Shown here: piece by piece, positions 58,253 to 64,000 of the stretch
Layout: each line of letters begins with the position of its first letter
Numbering within the stretch: the stretch's first letter is position 1
Source of the DNA: Eledone cirrhosa
Taxonomy: Eukaryota
Direction of reading: 5' to 3'
Assembly (NCBI GenBank): GCA_964016885.1
Contig: OZ024745.1
Location: 79,856,001-79,920,000 of the forward strand
Length of the DNA: 64,000 nucleotides
The notes under the pieces: model-generated
Told to the model about the DNA's origin: nothing
Database searches by the model: none
Seen by the model: the letters and a program-made list of their open reading frames with translations, nothing else
Position numbers and translations under genes: made by a program

Positions 58253-59195
58253 GTTTGTTCTCTCTCTCTTCTCTCTCTCTCTCTCTCTCTCTCTTCACTC
58301 TCTCTCTTCTCTCTGAAAGAAATCAGTTGTGTTCAAACCTGGAGAGGAGATGAGCTCCACCAGGTATTTAAATGCCCAAGAAACGCCGTATGTCATTATC
58401 GTGCTTCTACAATTCCACGAGAAGATACGGGTACAAAAGCAAAAAAAAAAATAAAACGATCACAGAATTTACTGGTCCCTAATCTGTTTTGCTCCCTATT
58501 AACTCTGTTTGTAATATGTGAGATTCCCTACTCTCCTAACAGTTCTCTTTTAAGTACGTGTGTGTGTTGAACTTCCGACGGTTCTGACGGCGAGTGTTCC
58601 GGGTTTTTTTTAGAATAACGAAATAGTCTGCTCATGGAATTAACAGACACGTGTACACTTAACTGGGGTATTTAGCGTCACACAGTGTTTGTGATGAGGG
58701 TGCGTTTTTGGATCACAACTACTTCTCATTTTTTCCAGGGCGTGAAATAAAGTGTCTTATTCAAAAACACAACGCGCTGTCATGAATCGAACTCACGATC
58801 TTATGATCATTGACCGAGCAGCTTAATCACTAAACCACCTGCCTTCCCTGTTGCTTTATAAATCAATAAAGAAAAAGGAAAATATAGTCGTGGAGATTTC
58901 TATAGTTCTTGGTCCCCGAACCATCTCCCTACTCACTATAAAATTCACCGGGACATGCGATCCCCACTAGTTGTAATGACTATACCAACGCTTCTCTCTC
59001 GACATCCTCCGAGGAAGCATTTACTCCATTCTGTCCTCCACGAGGACAACGAAGTAGTCAGTGCCTGGGCTCCCCAGACCGCCCGGACCCACATCATTGG
59101 GGCAGCGATGTCAAGACAATACTATATATCTTATTTCACATATTTTCTCTCGTGATACATTTCTTTTAGGAAAAATATTTATGCACCAATAATGA

Positions 59196-59418
59196 AAATA
59201 ATTGTTTCTACTTTAGGCACAAGGCCAGCAATTTGATGGGATGGGGAAAGTCGATTAAATCTACCCAGTGCATTACTGGTGCTTTATTTTATCGACCCCG
59301 TAAGGACGAAAGATAAACCTAACCTCGGCGGGATTTGGACTCAGAACGTAAAAGGCCGTAACTCCATACTGCGGGGCATGTTGTCCGATGCTCTACAGAT
59401 TCTGCCAATCCACCGCCC
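59196..59418 (-). mobile_element. Full-length tRNA-derived SINE
   Basis: Minus GGCGGTGGATTGGCAGAATC head, core, gaaacaatta end. Confidence 0.85.
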
Positions 59419-59611
59419 TTATCGATTGTGAAAATAATAAAATAATTAATATATATATATTTATTTACGTAGACCACGGAGCATATGCGCATAAACGCAC
59501 ATGTACCGTGTCGTATTTGTGACAGTATTGTATAAGCTCAATGTACGAGAACAGAACCGTTATATGTAAAAGAAATCAAAGAGCGCCTACATACTCATAC
59601 AATTTTTATTT

Positions 59612-59656
59612 GCTGACAATGTTTCATCCATACCATTGGGCAGGAATCATCAGAGC
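59612..59656 (-). ncRNA. Type I hammerhead ribozyme in a PLE end (59460-60150)
   Basis: Minus: gct-CTGATGA-ttcctgcccaatggtatggat-GAAA-cattg-TC-agc, followed by AATAAA. Confidence 0.72.
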
Positions 59657-60375
59657 TTTATAAACAAAAATACAATGCTGAGTATAAGCTCTACCGAGCT
59701 TAGTCACATGAACATTAGGAATTCAATAGAGAGCAACAAGAGGGAGATCGTGAATGGCGAGTACGGAGAGAGTGCATAGTGGGGTTATTATTCAGAACTA
59801 CAGCTATATGCTAGGGTACAGACAGATATTTTCACAAGATGCAGAAGCACGTGAGGGCACATAAAGGCAAAAAGTATAAACAATAGTTAAAACATATAAT
59901 AATAAAGTAAAAGGAAAATAATAATATAAAGAGATAAAAAAAAAATTTTTTATAAAAAAAAGAAAAAAGAAAAAGTTTTAAAGCACACAAAAAAACAGAG
60001 GAAGCTATGCGTTGGTCACTATATATAACAGGTGATTTAGTTCTCCATAACTTAGAGTTATAGAAATACTAAAAGGCTCCCAAGGTATCTTCAAAAAGCC
60101 CAAATGGGATTTTATTCCTCCCCATAGTATACATAATCAAGGTAAACTAGTATATATATATATATATATATATATGTTTAACCTCCTGCTGCTGATTCGA
60201 CCTATTAGATGTAACGTCAGCCTCATAGACGGTGATACACTGCTGCTGCAGAGGGCATGCCGCGCAGAATCCAGTCAGCTCATATACACTTCCGTTATCA
60301 CTATAACCATACACGAGTTGAAGAATCCTTCGGGTGGATCACGCGTTCTCAACTATGGTGGAACAAACTCTCTCC

Positions 60376-62239
<1,864 letters not shown>

Positions 62240-62347
62240 TTCAAAGGGTATATATAATTAGACATAGTCACAGATACATATATGAGTTTGTCAACCATTC
62301 ACGGTGTGGCTCAATGAAAAATTAATTAAATAATTATTAATCACAGC

Positions 62348-62645
62348 TATATATATAAATGTAAGTCCAAAGAATCATTAGATAAAATATATACAGTATT
62401 TCCTCTGCCAATCACTGTAAATCAACCACATAAAAAAATCATTTAAACAAGGCTATAAGTTTAAAATATACTTATGAAGAAATAATTGACAAATGATACA
62501 GATTATTTTCCGCGATGTCTATTATTTCTTCATAAGTACATTTTAAACTTATAGCCTCGTTTAAATGATTTTTTATGTGGTCGATTTACACTGATTGGGA
62601 GAGGGAATACTGTATATAATTTATCTAATGATTCTTTGGACTTAC

Positions 62646-62706
<61 letters not shown>

Positions 62707-62800
62707 TCCAAAGAATCATTAGATAAAATATACACACTGTTTCCTCTCCCAATCAGTGGAGAGGAAATACTGTATATATTTTATCTAGTGATTCTTTGGA

Positions 62801-62803
<3 letters not shown>
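62348..62803. repeat. Two adjacent TA-flanked palindromes sharing the same terminus (62348-62660 and 62703-62803)
   Basis: taagtccaaagaatcattagataaaat...atctaatgattctttggactta at both. Confidence 0.8.
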
Positions 62804-62894
<91 letters not shown>

Positions 62895-63260
62895 AAAGTT
62901 CTATTTAAATTGTTGGGATACAACAAGCAAATATTTTTATAACTGATATAAAGCACTCAACAAGTATTTGGAGAAAAGATACGATATTAACAAATGGAAA
63001 CTATATTTATAAAACCATATTTATTTCATTATACATATTTCAAGGACACATATTTCAAGGACACATATTTTAAGGACACATCCGGGAGCTTCCAACAGTA
63101 ATTGTTGCATTTTTTAAGGGTATGTCAATATTTATTTATAAAACTGATCTATATTATATTTTGTCTGATGAAAGCACACCATAATTTAACTTGGTGTCCT
63201 TGAAATATGTATAATGAAATAAATATGGTTTTATAAATATAGTTTCCATTTGTTAATATC

Positions 63261-63291
<31 letters not shown>

Positions 63292-63294
<3 letters not shown>

Positions 63295-63955
63295 GGAAAA
63301 AAATGTAATTTCATTTCTCACTCTTAGTACGACTGATACTTAAATATAAGTATGTATACGTACATACATATATGTATACAGACGTACAGTAGTATGTATA
63401 TACACCCATACATGCACACATATATATATGTACGTATGGGTTTACCGAACATTTATTATAATGCTCGGTTTGTTTGTAAACAAACAGCCCGAATTATTAG
63501 CCGTACAGTGTTCGGCAACCATCGTTGCCATTTTGTTCAACACTGACAAAGGAACGCTGAACTAGTTTCTAGCTTATTAGCTGTCATCAGCACCGTATAC
63601 CTTCCTGTCAGTCAATTGAACGTTTGAAAGTATATACTTTCCTTATGCATATTAACGGCTGAGCAACCTAATTTGCATATCGAGTGAGTTAGGCGGCCGG
63701 GCGTACCGAAAACGATAAATGGAAAAAATGAAATTTCATTTCTCACTCTTAGTACGGCTGATACTTAAATATAACTATGTATATGTACATACATATATGT
63801 ATACAGACGTACAGTAGTATGTATATACATACATATATGCACACATATATATATGTACGTATGAGTTTACCGAACATTTATTATAATGCTCGGTTTGTTT
63901 TCGGTACGCCCGGCCGACTAGCTCACTCGATATGCAAATTAGGCTGCTCAGCCGT
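63292..63955 (-). mobile_element. PLE family C tandem and inverted fragments, degenerate HHR at ~63554-63597
   Basis: Homologous to 4263-4790. Confidence 0.78.
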
Positions 63956-64000
63956 ATATATATATATATATATATATACATTTATTATGGCTATTGGTGA

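Overview
AT-rich, repeat-saturated eukaryotic DNA. The SINE/LINE mix and long (TA)n/(CA)n tracts suggest a cephalopod, probably Octopus; this is inference, not a database match. I found no intact host gene, and most listed ORFs are microsatellite translations. The window is dominated by 3'-end (pLTR) fragments of ten or more Penelope-like element (PLE) families embedded in (TA)n. Many form fold-back palindromes and carry hammerhead ribozyme (HHR) cores (CUGAnGA...GAAA...UH). Coding PLE remnants include a Hydra-type RT (12.1-13.8 kb) and several GIY-YIG endonuclease fragments. Also present are CR1-group, RTE, Tx1/L1 and R4/Dong LINE fragments, tRNA-derived SINEs, two hAT MITEs, a mariner remnant, a non-autonomous Helitron and a ~146-bp tandem array. 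Best leads: (1) an intronless TPX2 retrocopy fused to a PLE GIY-YIG/3'UTR/HHR end and bounded by (TA)n, apparently host mRNA captured by PLE reverse transcription; (2) PLE palindromes whose turn-around falls in or beside the hammerhead; (3) a circularly permuted, multi-branched hammerhead-like motif in three diverged copies; (4) a twin-priming type 5'-inverted RTE with a 13-bp TSD; (5) an inverted ~0.9-kb composite duplication that looks like PLE 3' transduction.
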